DNA of 64,000 nucleotides from an uncultured Actinomycetota bacterium (lineage in GTDB: Bacteria; Actinomycetota; Actinomycetes; JAHEKZ01). Location of the stretch: positions 832,001-896,000 of the forward strand of contig CAWHIJ010000003.1 in NCBI GenBank assembly GCA_963829525.1, given 5' to 3'. Made by a program: the position numbers and the translations under genes. The notes beneath the pieces are model-generated. The model was given only the letters and a program-made list of their open reading frames with translations, was not told the origin of the DNA and searched no databases. Positions within the stretch are counted from its first letter, which is position 1. Every line of letters starts with the position of its first letter. Of the stretch, positions 19,263 to 30,887 are shown piece by piece.

Positions 19263-20651
19263 TCAACGACCGCCGCGCGCGAGCCGGTCGACATCGAGCG
19301 CCGCGTCGAGGTCTGACGCGGTGACGAGACCTTCGTCGACAAGCCGCTGTGCCGCGGAGCGAATCGTCACGCCACGTGCTGCGGCATCCTTCACCACTGC
19401 GGCTGCCGCGTCGTAGCCCACGAGCAGGTTGAGTGATGTGGCAATGGCTGGTGAGGATTCAGCGGACCGACGTAGCCGGTCGGGGTCGGTGGTGATTCCG
19501 GGGACATGTTGCAGCAATGCCTCGGCGCTCCCAGCCAGCAGGTGCACAGCGTCCACGACGTTGCAGCCGATCAGTGGCATGGCTGTGTTGAGCTGGAACG
19601 ACGAGGTGGTCGCGCCGATCGCTATGGCAGAGTCCAACCCGATGACCTGGCAGCACGCCTGGATGACTGCTTCTGGGATAACCGGGTTCACCTTCCCGGG
19701 CATGATGCTCGACCCTGGCTGGACGGCAGGCAACGTGATCTCGGCCAGGCCAGCACTGGGACCGGAGCTCATCCATCGCAGGTCGTTGCAGATCTTCATC
19801 AGCGAGATCGCAAGACCCCGCAAGACTCCGGAGGTCTCCACCAAGGCATCGCGGTTGGACTGCGCTTCCATCGCCGAGCGCGGTGTGGTGAGCACGATGC
19901 CGGATCGGTCGGCAACGCCGGCCATCGTCAGAGCTGCAAACTCGGGTGGAGCGTTGAGCCCTGTCCCGACAGCGGTACCACCGAGAGGGACCTCGAGGAG
20001 CCGAGGCACCGCTGACTCGATCCGGTTGATGCCCTGCCGTATCTGGCCTGCAAAGCCGCCGAACTCCTGGCCAAGCATCACCGGCGCTGCGTCCATCAGG
20101 TGCGTACGGCCAGGCTTGACGACGTCGGCCCACTGCTCGCTGCAGATGAATAGCGCGTCCTCCAGGCCCTGCAGATTGGGTATGAGGGTGTCCCTTAGGA
20201 GCACGGCGACGGCCAGATGGATCGCGGTGGGAAACGTGTCATTGCTCGACTGGGAGGCGTTGACGTGGTCGTTGGGGTGAACGCTGAGACCCGACGCCGC
20301 ACTGGCAAGGTGCGCGACAACTTCGTTGACGTTCATGTTGGTCGAGGTGCCCGAGCCTGTCTGAAAGCGGTCGACCGGGAACTGGTCGTCCTGAGTACCG
20401 GACGCCACCAGTTCGGCAGCCGCCACGATGGCGGCAGCAGTGTCGACGTCGACAACCCCGAGTCGTGCGTTGGCCTCGGCCGCCGCGGCCTTGATCGTGG
20501 CCAACGCGTGGACGATCTCTGGGGATACGGGCTCCCCGCTGATTCCAAAGTTGTGGACCGCCCGCTGGGTGCTTGCCCCCCAAAGCGCGTTGGCGGGAAC
20601 CTCGATGTCACCCAGCGAGTCGTGCTCGATCCTGCCCTCATGGTTCGTCAC
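19263..20651 (-). CDS. fumC: Class II fumarate hydratase
   Basis: RIEHDSLG, QTGSGTSTNMN, HPNDHVNASQSSND, GRTHLMDA and GSSIMPGKVNP. Confidence 0.9.
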   Translation of the reverse strand: MTNHEGRIEHDSLGDIEVPANALWGASTQRAVHNFGISGEPVSPEIVHALATIKAAAAEANARLGVVDVDTAAAIVAAAELVASGTQDDQFPVDRFQTGSGTSTNMNVNEVVAHLASAASGLSVHPNDHVNASQSSNDTFPTAIHLAVAVLLRDTLIPNLQGLEDALFICSEQWADVVKPGRTHLMDAAPVMLGQEFGGFAGQIRQGINRIESAVPRLLEVPLGGTAVGTGLNAPPEFAALTMAGVADRSGIVLTTPRSAMEAQSNRDALVETSGVLRGLAISLMKICNDLRWMSSGPSAGLAEITLPAVQPGSSIMPGKVNPVIPEAVIQACCQVIGLDSAIAIGATTSSFQLNTAMPLIGCNVVDAVHLLAGSAEALLQHVPGITTDPDRLRRSAESSPAIATSLNLLVGYDAAAAVVKDAAARGVTIRSAAQRLVDEGLVTASDLDAALDVDRLARGGR

Positions 20652-20675
20652 TTGGCCACCGTACGACCCCACGCC

Positions 20676-21881
20676 CTAGGAAGGCAGATAGAAGGTCAAC
20701 AGATCAGCCGATTGTGGGGGGAAGAGCTCACGCATGAGCTCCTCTTGGCGGCCCAGCAGCGCATCGGGAAAGCCCTCATCGACGGCGCCGGCACCGCCGC
20801 CAAAGAGCAGGGAGCCGAGCGCATCGAGGGGGATCCCGGAGCCACCCATCGACACTGGAGCTTGAAGGGGTCCTCCGCTGGTGACTTCCAGACGGTCAGA
20901 GCTCCAGACCAGACGCAGGTGCGAGCGGTAGAACGAAATCAGAGCTTCTCCCGTCTCGCGCCTCATTGCGTGCAGTCGTCGCAGCAGCTCGGGTGCGAGT
21001 GCGGTGAACAAGGCCGCCGGGTCGGAGATCCGGACGTAGTACCAGTCGGCTCGTTCGGCGTCCTGAGTCCGCTCGGCCAACCCTGGCACGTTTGGTCGAA
21101 CGCAGACGCGGGCAGATCCGTTGTCACCGGTGCGTTCAAGCGCGTGAACGAGTAGCGCGTCGGTCGCATCGGCGCTGACTGTAACGATCTCACCCACGTC
21201 GACTGACCCGTCATCGGCAAACACCCGTGCGAGCCCGACAGGATGACCGGTGCCATCGCGGACGAGCATCTGCTTGCTCGAGGCGTGCGTCACGATCCAT
21301 TGCCAGCAATCTTCGCTGTGCGGCATGGACACATCGAACGTTGACTGCAGCTGCTCCTGCAGGGCGTGGCAGGTGGCGATGTCATCGGTGGTTGCCGGAC
21401 GGACGGAGAAGCCTGGGGAAATCCCGATGTCTGGCGTGATGGTTGCCCAGGGGTGCATCGGGATCGAGTACGCGTACCCGAACTGTCGGTAGAAGTTTGG
21501 GATGCCGATCATGACCTGGAGCACGTGCCCGCGTGCCTTCGACAGATCGTGACATCGACCCATCAGTGCTCGTACGTACCCGCGGCCCTCGGCGTCCTTG
21601 GCGGTTGCCACCATCTCGATCTGACCGGCAGGGAGGACCACGCCACCCACACGCACCGTCTCGTCAAGCAGCGTCGCCATGGAGACGACGCGTCCGTTCA
21701 GCTCGACGACGCTGATCGACTCGAGTCCACCCGGCGTGCCGGCGACGAGCTCAAGGTCGATGGCGTCGTCTTCGCCCTCGCGGTCCGCCTCCAGCCGCAT
21801 CATCTCGGCAACATCCTCGGCCCCGGCGGAGCGAAGCACCGCACCATCCGGAAGCGTGGTCGATCGGCTGTCCTCGGGCAT
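20676..21881 (-). CDS. GNAT family acetyltransferase (Eis-like tandem GNAT)
   Basis: GQIEMVAT..EGRGYVRALM (motif A) and GIPNFYRQFGY. Confidence 0.75.
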   Translation of the reverse strand: MPEDSRSTTLPDGAVLRSAGAEDVAEMMRLEADREGEDDAIDLELVAGTPGGLESISVVELNGRVVSMATLLDETVRVGGVVLPAGQIEMVATAKDAEGRGYVRALMGRCHDLSKARGHVLQVMIGIPNFYRQFGYAYSIPMHPWATITPDIGISPGFSVRPATTDDIATCHALQEQLQSTFDVSMPHSEDCWQWIVTHASSKQMLVRDGTGHPVGLARVFADDGSVDVGEIVTVSADATDALLVHALERTGDNGSARVCVRPNVPGLAERTQDAERADWYYVRISDPAALFTALAPELLRRLHAMRRETGEALISFYRSHLRLVWSSDRLEVTSGGPLQAPVSMGGSGIPLDALGSLLFGGGAGAVDEGFPDALLGRQEELMRELFPPQSADLLTFYLPS

Positions 21882-21998
21882 GGAGCCCAGTCTGTCGGAG
21901 CCGGTCGATCACGTCGCCCGAATTGCAGGACGGGTGTCGGGACCAGTGACTCTGCCTGGCCGCTCGGGGCGGTCCTAGCGTGGAGTCAGGAGGTGGTG

Positions 21999-23309
21999 AT
22001 GATGACTGCCACCAAGACGTCCATGACTGTTCGTCAAGCCGCGTTCATCGGGGTCGGTGCGATGGTGGGGGCAGGGATTTTTGCCCTTTTGGGTCCCGCC
22101 GGTGCGATCGCCGGAGCTGCTGTGTGGGTCTCGTTCCTGATCGCTGGAATCATCGCTGGCCTGCAGGGCTACTCGTTCGGGAAGTTGGGTTCGAAGTTTC
22201 CCTCCGGTTCTGGCCTGATCGAGTACGTGTCGCGGGGATTCGGCGAGGGGCACTTCACCGGGATCACCGCCTGGATGGCCTTCGGCTCGCAGTTCATCGT
22301 CACCGCCATGGTGGCCACGTCCTTCGGTGGGTACGCCAGTGCGATGTTCACCGACGGGGACGTCTTTTGGGCCAAGGTATTCACCGCTCTGCTTGTCGTC
22401 GGTGTGGCGTTGTTGAACATCATCGGGACCAGCGCCGTGACCGTTGCACAAGGGATCATCGTGCGTGTCGTGATCGGCATTCTGGTGATCTTCTCGGCCG
22501 TCACACTCTTCACTGCCGACTGGTCGCTTCTTGCACCGTCTGGCTACCCCAGCCTTCGCGTCATTTTCTCCAGTGTCGCTCTGACCTTCTTTGCCTTCCT
22601 CGGATTCGGCGTCATTACCTTCACCGCTGGAGATCTGAAGGAGCCGAAGCGCGAGCTTCCCAAGGCGATCTACATCGCCCTGGGAATCGCGACGGTCGTC
22701 TACGTGGCAATCGCACTCGGTGTCTATGGGGCGTTGACCGTCGATCAGGCCATTGCCGCAGGCGACACCGCTGTGGCTGAGGCAGCAAAGCCGACTCTTG
22801 GGGACGCCGGCTACACACTGATGGCGGTAACGGCGCTCTTCGCCACCGCGGGTGCGACCAACTCCGGTATCTACCCAGCCGTTGGGCTCTCCAAAGACCT
22901 TGCGGCCAAGCGACAGTTCCCGCCGATCTTCGGCAAGGACTGGGGACGTGTACCTGTTGGCCTGGCTGTCATGGCGTTCGCCACCCTCGTCCTGGCCATG
23001 CTCTTCGACCTGACCGCGATTGCTTCTATTGGTAGCGCCGTCGCACTCCTGATCTTCACCTTTGTGACGATCTCGCACATCCGTGTCCGCCACGAGACTG
23101 GTGCGAAGCTTTGGTTGTTGGTGATTGGCCTCGTGACGCTGCTGGCCACCCTCTTCTCGTTCGCCACAACAACGCTCATCGAAGAGCCAGCGACGGCCTT
23201 CGCGCTGCTCGGTCTGCTCGGGCTGGCCATCGCGCTTGACTACGGGTGGAAGCGAGTGCGGCCCGCTCCAGCCCCCGGTGATGACCTCGTTACAGCTGAC
23301 TCGGTCTAG
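21999..23309 (+). CDS. APC family amino acid permease
   Basis: [12 protein letters not shown] and FFAFLGF; about 12 TM segments; RBS AGGAGG at 21988. Confidence 0.88.
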   Translation: MMTATKTSMTVRQAAFIGVGAMVGAGIFALLGPAGAIAGAAVWVSFLIAGIIAGLQGYSFGKLGSKFPSGSGLIEYVSRGFGEGHFTGITAWMAFGSQFIVTAMVATSFGGYASAMFTDGDVFWAKVFTALLVVGVALLNIIGTSAVTVAQGIIVRVVIGILVIFSAVTLFTADWSLLAPSGYPSLRVIFSSVALTFFAFLGFGVITFTAGDLKEPKRELPKAIYIALGIATVVYVAIALGVYGALTVDQAIAAGDTAVAEAAKPTLGDAGYTLMAVTALFATAGATNSGIYPAVGLSKDLAAKRQFPPIFGKDWGRVPVGLAVMAFATLVLAMLFDLTAIASIGSAVALLIFTFVTISHIRVRHETGAKLWLLVIGLVTLLATLFSFATTTLIEEPATAFALLGLLGLAIALDYGWKRVRPAPAPGDDLVTADSV

Positions 23310-24958
23310 GCGGGCGGGCCCACGGGGATAGAGGTGAGAGTCGGTTTGCTCGTTTCAGCGAAGAAGTCGTTGCCCTTGTCGTCGACCACGATGAAGGCGG
23401 GGAAATCTTCGACTTCGATCTTCCAGACCGCTTCCATTCCCAGCTCGGCGAACTCAAGCACGTCAACCTTCTTGATGACGTCCTGCGCCAGCCTTGCGGC
23501 GGGGCCTCCGATCGATCCCAGGTAGAAGCCGCCGTTGTCGTGGCAAGCTTTGGTGACTTGTCTCGAGCGGTTTCCCTTGGCCAGCATGACGTAGGAACCG
23601 CCGGCCTTCTGGAACTCGTCGACGTACGAGTCCATTCGACCGGCTGTGGTTGGGCCGAATGAGCCTGAGGCATACCCCTCGGGTGTCTTCGCCGGGCCGG
23701 CGTAGTAGACGACGTTGTCGCGAAGGTACGACGGCATCGGATCGCCGGCGTCAAGTAGGGCCTTGATCTTCGCGTGGGCGATATCGCGCGCGACGACAAC
23801 CGGCCCAGAGAGGGAGAGACGCGTCTTCACTGGGTAGCGGCTGAGTTCCTTACGAATCTCAGACATGGGGCGGTTGAGGTCGACGTGGACGACGTCGTCG
23901 TCGAGGTGATCGTCGGTGACCTCGGGCAGGTAGTGGGCCGGGTCGGTCTCGAGTTGCTCGAGAAAGACCCCGTCAGCGGTAATCTTCCCTTTCGCCTGGC
24001 GGTCTGCCGAGCAGGAGACGGCGATAGCAATCGGCAGGCTCGCGCCGTGGCGGGGGAGGCGGATGACCCGGACGTCGTGGCAGAAGTACTTGCCACCGAA
24101 CTGCGCGCCGATCCCGAACTGACGAGTTAGCTCGAGGATCTCGGCCTCGAGGGCGGTGTCGCGGATGCCATGTCCGGCCATAGACCCCTCGGTCGGCAGG
24201 GTGTCGAGATAGCGCGCGCTGGCGAGCTTGGCGGTCTTCAGCGCTGCCTCGGCGCTGGTTCCACCGATGACGACGGCGAGGTGGTACGGCGGGCACGCTG
24301 CGGTTCCGAGACCACGGAGCTTCTCGTCGAGGAAGCGACGCATCGCCTCTGGGTTGAGGACCGCCTTCGTCTCCTGGAACAGGAAGGACTTGTTTGCGCT
24401 CCCGCCGCCCTTGGCCATGAGCAGGAAGTGGTACTCGTCTCCGTCGGTGGCGTAGAGGTCGATCTGGGCCGGCAGGTTTGTTCCAGTGTTTGTCTCGTCC
24501 CACGTGGAGAGCGGCGCCATCTGCGAGTAGCGAAGGTTGAGCCTGGTGTAGGCGTCATAGATTCCCTTGCTGAGAGCCTCGCTGTCACCCCCGCCTGTGA
24601 TGACCCGTTCACCCTTCTTTCCCATGACGATGGCGGTGCCAGTGTCCTGGCACATCGGGAGCACGCCTCCGGCTGAGATATTGGCGTTCTTCAGCAGGTC
24701 AAGAGCGACGAACCGGTCGTTGGGGCTGGCCTCAGGGTCGTCGAGGATGGTGCGCAGCTGTTGCAGGTGGCCGGGGCGCAGATAGTGGGCGATGTCGTGC
24801 ATGCCCTCATACGCGAGCCGCGTGAGCGCGTCCGGGTGGACGCGCAGGAACTGGTGGCCAGCCGCGTCGAAGGTCTCGATCCCATCGGTGGTGAGGAGGC
24901 GGTATGGCGTCTCCTGCGGACCGAGGGGCAGCAGGTCGGAGTAGGTGAAGTCGGCCAT
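23306..24958 (-). CDS. fumA: Class I (Fe-S) fumarate hydratase
   Basis: [30 protein letters not shown] and GPTTAGRMD. Confidence 0.93.
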   Translation of the reverse strand: MADFTYSDLLPLGPQETPYRLLTTDGIETFDAAGHQFLRVHPDALTRLAYEGMHDIAHYLRPGHLQQLRTILDDPEASPNDRFVALDLLKNANISAGGVLPMCQDTGTAIVMGKKGERVITGGGDSEALSKGIYDAYTRLNLRYSQMAPLSTWDETNTGTNLPAQIDLYATDGDEYHFLLMAKGGGSANKSFLFQETKAVLNPEAMRRFLDEKLRGLGTAACPPYHLAVVIGGTSAEAALKTAKLASARYLDTLPTEGSMAGHGIRDTALEAEILELTRQFGIGAQFGGKYFCHDVRVIRLPRHGASLPIAIAVSCSADRQAKGKITADGVFLEQLETDPAHYLPEVTDDHLDDDVVHVDLNRPMSEIRKELSRYPVKTRLSLSGPVVVARDIAHAKIKALLDAGDPMPSYLRDNVVYYAGPAKTPEGYASGSFGPTTAGRMDSYVDEFQKAGGSYVMLAKGNRSRQVTKACHDNGGFYLGSIGGPAARLAQDVIKKVDVLEFAELGMEAVWKIEVEDFPAFIVVDDKGNDFFAETSKPTLTSIPVGPPA

Positions 24959-24999
24959 GGCCCCAGGGTAGGAGAACCACTAGATGGTGCCGAACGTGG

Positions 25000-26253
25000 C
25001 TAGGTGCTCCACGTCCAGGACCAGAGTCGCGTCACGTACTTCGGGCGTGTGCGCCGAGTGAGATCGGCGCCGACCAAGCCGCGTGAAGCGGTGGCATCGA
25101 AGGAAGTCCATGAGGTGAACTGGCGAGGAGGCAAACTCCACCTGAACTTCCACGCCTTCACGCCTGATCGACCAATGTTGCCCATCACGAAGGTCTCGTG
25201 CTTGGCCGCCGCTACACGGTGGAAATAGGTGACCGAGCCGCCTCGAAGCGCCGATAGCTGCGACGCCGCCGAGATGTGCCGCTGCCACAGCCGTTCACCA
25301 GAGGGCTTCCAACGCTCCACCACCCCCGGACCGATCGGCTCTTGGATACCACCGCCGTCCAGCATTCCCGATACGTAGAGGCGTCCGTTTGATGCGCTCA
25401 CCGACGTGAACATGTCTCCATTGGGCTCAGTCCTGCCGTCGATGCGGCGGGCCCAGAGGCGCCGGCCACTGTGGACTCCATACGCCGCGATGAAGGCGTT
25501 GGACTCCTGGCCCTTGTTGAGCGTGGTGCCCACTACCACCACGGATCCGTTCACCACGGCGACGTCGGACGGGAGCACTTGCCGCACGTGGGGGTCGGCG
25601 AAGCGGAGCCGCTGGTTCCACAGCGGCTGTCCCCGACGATCGAGCACGTGCACGGAGCCTTGGCCGACCGTTCGCGAACAGCAGCTGACTCCATGCTGCA
25701 GGCTGAACGCGATATGACCGCCCGTGGCGTCTATTCCGGTCACATGAAGATGACGCGGTTCGAGACCTGAAGCTCTTCGAGGACAACCGGCTACCCAGTG
25801 GGTCCACCTGCGATCACCGCTCAGTGAGTAGCCCCGTACGAAGGAGGGACCCGCAGCGCCGGGTTCATCCCCCTGACAGACCGCTGTGCCTGCGAGGTAG
25901 ACCGCGTGATCTTTCCGGCTCACGGCGATTCTCTCACCCGTCAGTCCCTTGACTGCCCCGCCAGACCCAGATGCTGACACCGACCACCGTGTCGCTCCGC
26001 CAGGCGTCAATCGTCTGAGGGAGTATGCGAACGGGGCGGAGGAATCCCTGTTGGCGAGGATGATCGAGCTGCCGCCAGGGCCGAACGAGACGTCGATCGG
26101 CTCGCCTGGTCGTTCAAGGGTCCTGATCCAGTTCACCTGTGCGGTGATCGTGGGCGTTTGTGCCGAAGTGCCGCCGACAGCAACGCCGGCACCCAGGGGC
26201 ACCAGGGCCATGGTCGTTGCTGCGGCCATGAAGGAACGAAGCTTTCGAGTCAT
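25000..26253 (-). CDS. Secreted basic protein with beta-propeller-like repeats, function unknown
   Basis: N-terminal signal peptide; repeated G-x-x-x-W units (GATRW, GDRRW, GQPLW, GRRLW, GERLW, GVKAW). Confidence 0.6.
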   Translation of the reverse strand: MTRKLRSFMAAATTMALVPLGAGVAVGGTSAQTPTITAQVNWIRTLERPGEPIDVSFGPGGSSIILANRDSSAPFAYSLRRLTPGGATRWSVSASGSGGAVKGLTGERIAVSRKDHAVYLAGTAVCQGDEPGAAGPSFVRGYSLSGDRRWTHWVAGCPRRASGLEPRHLHVTGIDATGGHIAFSLQHGVSCCSRTVGQGSVHVLDRRGQPLWNQRLRFADPHVRQVLPSDVAVVNGSVVVVGTTLNKGQESNAFIAAYGVHSGRRLWARRIDGRTEPNGDMFTSVSASNGRLYVSGMLDGGGIQEPIGPGVVERWKPSGERLWQRHISAASQLSALRGGSVTYFHRVAAAKHETFVMGNIGRSGVKAWKFRWSLPPRQFTSWTSFDATASRGLVGADLTRRTRPKYVTRLWSWTWST

Positions 26254-26315
26254 AGCTCCACCTCGCGCCACCCAGTTTGCGGCCGGTGAGGTGCGACGTC
26301 CTGAGGCGAAGGTCC

Positions 26316-27104
26316 TCAGTCGACGAGGCGGGCTCGCAGTCGGCGAACGGCCACTGCCCAGGTGATCAGCGCGAAAGCGGTCAGGAACAAGACGTGGTAG
26401 AGGTCATCGGGCCATTGCCACCCGAAGCAGGCGTCGCGCACCAGCTGAACGCAGTGGTAGAGCGGGTTGAAGTGCGCGGCTACCTGCAACCCTGGTGGCA
26501 GGTTGGTGATCGGGAAGAACGTGCCCGCAACGAGGAAAAGCGGTGTCAGGACGATCGAGGTGACGTAGGTCGTCTCGTCGATCGTCTTGATGACGGCCGA
26601 GACCCACATGCCGAAGAAGGCGAACCCCAGACCGGTCAAGAAACCGATGAAGGGCACCAGCAGCATTCCCCATGACGGTGTCAGTCCGAAGAACATGGTG
26701 ACGACTAGAGGGAAGGAACCGTAGAAACCGGCTTTGGCGGCGATCCACGAACCCTCCGCGAGTGCCAGTTCGTCGACGGTCACGGGGGCAGCCAGCAGCG
26801 CATCGTAGGTGCGCTGAAACACGCGTCGCACGTAGGTGTTGAACATGCCGGGGAACGCCGAGGCGAAGAGCACCGCCGTGGCCACTGATCCGGTGCCGAC
26901 GAACTCGACGTATGAGATGCCGCCGACCTGCGTGACGAGCGTGCCGACGCCAAGCCCGAACGCCAGTAGATAGATGACTGGCTGCACGACCGACGAGGAC
27001 GTAGTCGACAACCAGTAGCGCTTGAACAGGGTGAACTCGCGGTTCCAGATGCCCTCGAAGGTGGCCCACTCGTAGCGTTTGGCGCCTCTGGCAGCGCTGC
27101 TCAT
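26316..27104 (-). CDS. ABC-2 exporter permease (NodJ-like)
   Basis: About 6 TM segments, YDALLAAPVT..EL, PLFLVAGTFFP and NPLYHCVQL. Confidence 0.88.
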   Translation of the reverse strand: MSSAARGAKRYEWATFEGIWNREFTLFKRYWLSTTSSSVVQPVIYLLAFGLGVGTLVTQVGGISYVEFVGTGSVATAVLFASAFPGMFNTYVRRVFQRTYDALLAAPVTVDELALAEGSWIAAKAGFYGSFPLVVTMFFGLTPSWGMLLVPFIGFLTGLGFAFFGMWVSAVIKTIDETTYVTSIVLTPLFLVAGTFFPITNLPPGLQVAAHFNPLYHCVQLVRDACFGWQWPDDLYHVLFLTAFALITWAVAVRRLRARLVD

Positions 27105-28012
27105 TCCAGCACCTCACCGGTCAGCAGAACGAAGACGTCCTCGAGCGAGGCAACCCGGTGGACGCCTTCGCCGAACCCCTCCAGCAACTCATCGGAAGCC
27201 TCTTCGGAGCGGAGCACCGCGATCGATGGCCCGGTGCGCCTGGTGGCCAACCCGGCTTCCTGGGCAGCGCGTTGGATGGCGCCCAACTTGTCCGGGGGAC
27301 CGTAGAACTCGGTGGCTCGAGACCCAACGTGGGCGGTCCGCAGCTCGTGCGGCGTTCCCCTGGCGACGATGGATCCGTGCGACATGACGGCAACGTCGTC
27401 GGCAAGCCGCTCGGCCTCCTCGATGTAGTGCGTCGACATCAGCACGGTCGTCCCTTGCGACCGGAGGGCATCGATCAGCGACCACAGCTCTTGCCGGACC
27501 TGAGGGTCAAGACCGACCGTCGGCTCGTCCAACAGCACGAGCTCTGGGTCGTGGACGAGTCCTCGGGCGATCAGCAGTCGACGTTTCATGCCGCCGGACA
27601 GCTCGGTGACCTTCGCCGTTCGCCGGTCACGCAACTGGGCGAGGGCAAGAGCCTGCTCGACGGCGGCCCGTCGCTCACGTCGGGGAACCCGGTACAGCGC
27701 CGCGAACGTCGTTAGGTTCTGCTCCACGGTCATCTCGGTGTCCAGGTTGTCCATCTGCGGGACCACGCCCATGCGTGCCCTGGCCTGTTTGGAGTCTTTC
27801 GTGACGTCGTAGCCCAGCACCTGGATCGCCCCAGACGTCGGCCGGGTCTGACCGGTGAGCATGCGCATGGTGGTGGACTTGCCGGCACCGTTGGGGCCGA
27901 GCAGTCCGAGAACGATCCCTGACGGCACGGTAAGTGAAAGGCCGTTGACCGCCGTGATCGGCCCGAATGCCTTGACGACCTGATCGAGAACGATCGCGGC
28001 ATCAGCGCTCAG
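27101..28012 (-). CDS. ABC exporter ATP-binding subunit (NodI-like); probable CTG start overlapping the glpX stop
   Basis: [16 protein letters not shown] and LDEPTVGLD. The in-frame extension [28 protein letters not shown] lies upstream of the called GTG at 27928. Confidence 0.88.
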   Translation of the reverse strand: MSADAAIVLDQVVKAFGPITAVNGLSLTVPSGIVLGLLGPNGAGKSTTMRMLTGQTRPTSGAIQVLGYDVTKDSKQARARMGVVPQMDNLDTEMTVEQNLTTFAALYRVPRRERRAAVEQALALAQLRDRRTAKVTELSGGMKRRLLIARGLVHDPELVLLDEPTVGLDPQVRQELWSLIDALRSQGTTVLMSTHYIEEAERLADDVAVMSHGSIVARGTPHELRTAHVGSRATEFYGPPDKLGAIQRAAQEAGLATRRTGPSIAVLRSEEASDELLEGFGEGVHRVASLEDVFVLLTGEVLE

Positions 28013-29010
28013 AACTGCACCGCCGCGTACTTGCGCAGCTTGCCGAGGCGGTGGTCACTTTCCATGAACCGGATGGTGCCGCTCTTGCTGCGCATCACAA
28101 GGGTCTGCGTCGTCGCACCCTCCGCGTGGAACCGGACCCCCTTCAGCAGTTCGCCGTCGGTAATACCGGTCGCTGCAAAGAACGCGTTGTCACTCGAGAC
28201 GAGGTCGTCGGTGGCAAGGACCCGTGACATGTCGTGGCCGGCGTCGATCGCCTTCTGACGCTCGTCGTCGTCGGTGGGCCAGAGCCGCCCCTGGATCACG
28301 CCGCCGAGGCACTTGATCGCGACGGCGGAGATGATTCCCTCGGGAGTGCCACCGATTCCGAGCAGCAGGTCCACGCCGGTGTCCTCGCGGCACGCCATGA
28401 TCGCTCCGGCGACGTCTCCGTCGGAGATGAACTTGATCCGGGCACCTGTGTCGCGGATCTCCTGGACCAGGCTTTCGTGTCGCGGCCGGTCGAGGATGCA
28501 GACCGTGACGTCCTGCACCTCGATCTTCTTTGCCTTGGCGACCCGGCGGATGTTCTCCTTCGCCGGCAGTCGGATGTCGACGACGTCAGCCGACTCGGGG
28601 CCGGCGGCCAGCTTCTCCATGTAGAAGACCGCCGACGGGTCGAACATCGTGCCGCGCTCGGCGACCGCAATCACTGAGACCGCGTTGTTCATCCCCTTGG
28701 CGGTGAGCGTGGTGCCGTCGACCGGGTCGACGGCGACGTCGACGTCCGGCCCCGTGCCGTCGCCGACCTTCTCGCCGTTGAACAGCATGGGGGCGTCGTC
28801 CTTCTCGCCCTCACCGATGACGACTGTGCCGTTCATGCTGACCGTGTTGATCAGGGCCCGCATGGCCTCGACAGCGGCGCCGTCCGCGCCGTTCTTGTCG
28901 CCGCGTCCCACCCATCGAGAGGCGGCAACGGCGGCGGCCTCGGTGACACGGCCCAGCTCGAGGCCCAGGTTGCGGTCGGGCGTCTCCGGCTTGTTGGTCT
29001 GGTCGGTCAC
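28009..29010 (-). CDS. glpX: Class II fructose-1,6-bisphosphatase
   Basis: [43 protein letters not shown] and ATGITDG. Confidence 0.96.
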   Translation of the reverse strand: MTDQTNKPETPDRNLGLELGRVTEAAAVAASRWVGRGDKNGADGAAVEAMRALINTVSMNGTVVIGEGEKDDAPMLFNGEKVGDGTGPDVDVAVDPVDGTTLTAKGMNNAVSVIAVAERGTMFDPSAVFYMEKLAAGPESADVVDIRLPAKENIRRVAKAKKIEVQDVTVCILDRPRHESLVQEIRDTGARIKFISDGDVAGAIMACREDTGVDLLLGIGGTPEGIISAVAIKCLGGVIQGRLWPTDDDERQKAIDAGHDMSRVLATDDLVSSDNAFFAATGITDGELLKGVRFHAEGATTQTLVMRSKSGTIRFMESDHRLGKLRKYAAVQF

Positions 29011-29079
29011 GGTGGTCCCCTCGGGTTGACTGGAGTCGATCGTATCGGGGGCCGGTCGGGGGTCGCCTACGCTGAGGCC

Positions 29080-30276
29080 GTGGACTCTGGTCAAGTGGCG
29101 GCGAGGGCGTCCGGCCCGATGGCCGGCTTCCGGTTCGACCGCCACGAGTGGTCGGGCGCCGTGGCCGATCTCGGCGTCATGGTCCCCATCGCCGTCGCAC
29201 TGATCGTGTCCAACGGCCTTGCCCCCACCGCCGTGCTGCTGCCTCCAGCGCTGCTGTATGTAGTGAGCGCCTTCCGTTACCGCCTTCCTATCCCCGTGCA
29301 ACCGCTCAAGGCGTTCGGTGCCATCGCGATCGCGCTTGGTCTGGGCGTCGACGAGATAGCGGCTGGAGCGATCCTTATGGGCGTCGTCTTCGTATCACTC
29401 GGAATGACGGGGCTACTGGATCGCGTCGCCTCAGTCTTTCCCCGGTCGGTGATCCGAGGCGTCCAAATCGCGGTCGGGCTGATCTTCCTGAAGATCGCAT
29501 GGGGCCTGGTCATTGACCCGCCGTCCTCGTTTGAGGTCCCCGAGGTCTCCGGCTGGTGGCTGTTGACTGCCGGGATCGTCGTTGGCTCCGTTGCCTGGTT
29601 GGGGCGTCGACACGGGGCCGGGCTGGTGGTAGTCGTCATCGGTCTGGCGGCCGCCGTCATCACCGGGTGGTCCGACCTCGCTTTCGGGCCGTCGGCGTTG
29701 CCGTTGCCGTCATTCTCCGTAGATGCCTTCGTTGCCGCCGCTACTGCACTCGTCCTCCCGCAGCTACCGCTGACGTTTGCCAACTCGTGCCTGGCGCCCG
29801 CGGACGCCGCACGCGTCTACTTCGGTGAAGAGGCGGCGAAGCGGGTCACCCCCAGCAGGCTTGCCGTAAGCCTCGGAGCGGCCGACCTGGTCGCCGGGGC
29901 GATCGGTGGCATGCCGGTGTGCCACGGCGCCGGCGGGCTCACCGCCCATCGGTCGTTCGGCGCCCGAAGCGGCGGGGCTCCCTTCATCATGGGGGTCACC
30001 CTTCTGGTGCTCGGGGTCGGCTTTGGCGCCGGGCTCGCTGGAGTGCTGGCGCACTTTCCGGTCTCGATCCTTGCGGGGCTGCTGGCTGTCGCCGGGCTGT
30101 TGCACCTGACGTTGGCTCGAGACCTCCGGTTGCCACGCGACTGGCTCGTGGCGGTGATCGTCGGCGCCTTCGGTCTGATGGGGCAGCTGGCTCTGGGCCT
30201 GGTGATCGGGCTGGCACTGGCATGGCTGTTCGGACGCCTGCCTTCTACGTCCGCCGCGCCCCGTCGCGACCGATGA
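29080..30276 (+). CDS. MOT1-like putative molybdate/sulfate transporter
   Basis: [27 protein letters not shown] and [18 protein letters not shown] match MOT1 family motifs. Confidence 0.78.
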   Translation: MDSGQVAARASGPMAGFRFDRHEWSGAVADLGVMVPIAVALIVSNGLAPTAVLLPPALLYVVSAFRYRLPIPVQPLKAFGAIAIALGLGVDEIAAGAILMGVVFVSLGMTGLLDRVASVFPRSVIRGVQIAVGLIFLKIAWGLVIDPPSSFEVPEVSGWWLLTAGIVVGSVAWLGRRHGAGLVVVVIGLAAAVITGWSDLAFGPSALPLPSFSVDAFVAAATALVLPQLPLTFANSCLAPADAARVYFGEEAAKRVTPSRLAVSLGAADLVAGAIGGMPVCHGAGGLTAHRSFGARSGGAPFIMGVTLLVLGVGFGAGLAGVLAHFPVSILAGLLAVAGLLHLTLARDLRLPRDWLVAVIVGAFGLMGQLALGLVIGLALAWLFGRLPSTSAAPRRDR

Positions 30277-30290
30277 GGGACGATGGAGGC

Positions 30291-30887
30291 ATGTCCACCC
30301 CGCCCAGCCTGTCTCAGACCAATGCGCCTCAGCGCAAACGTCCCCGCGGGTTCGAGACGACCCGTGACATGGTCCTGTCGATGGCCGTGGTCGGCGCCGT
30401 GGTGTTCGCAGGCTTCTGGTTCGTGGCCTGGCAGCGCCCTGAGGTTCAGGGCTCGGCGCTTCCCCTGGTGGACGTTGAGCAGGTCTTCACCGAGGTCCGG
30501 TGGGGCGACACCTTTCCGGTCATGGAGCCTGTTGGGCTGCCCGATGGCTGGACCCCGACCAGCGCGTGGTTCGACACCGAGCAGGTTTCCGGCGACGTCG
30601 GGGGTGGCGTGCTGCACGTCGGCTACCTGACTCCGGCTGGCTCGTACGCCGAGCTACGCCAGACCGACGGCGATGCCGCTGCGGCTGTCGACGACTGGGT
30701 CGACGGCGCGGTCCCCGCGGGCGACGTCCGGATTGGTGATGCGACCTGGCAGCTGGTCGAGTCCGAGGAGACTGGGAAGCAAGGAATAGTGCTGACCGAT
30801 CGCGGGGTCACGATTGTCGTGACGGGCAAGGCTGAGCAGGGCGAGCTCGAGGAGCTGGCGGGCTCGTTGCGTGACGAGATGCCCTAG
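30291..30887 (+). CDS. DUF4245-like membrane-anchored protein
   Basis: RDMVLSMAV TM segment, LPDGWTPTSA, HVGYLTP and VVTGKA; synteny with xseB and glpX. Confidence 0.75.
   Translation: MSTPPSLSQTNAPQRKRPRGFETTRDMVLSMAVVGAVVFAGFWFVAWQRPEVQGSALPLVDVEQVFTEVRWGDTFPVMEPVGLPDGWTPTSAWFDTEQVSGDVGGGVLHVGYLTPAGSYAELRQTDGDAAAAVDDWVDGAVPAGDVRIGDATWQLVESEETGKQGIVLTDRGVTIVVTGKAEQGELEELAGSLRDEMP

Noticed and set aside
19263-24958. Class I and class II fumarases within 6 kb
   Set aside because: Co-occurrence near glpX is common in actinomycetes.
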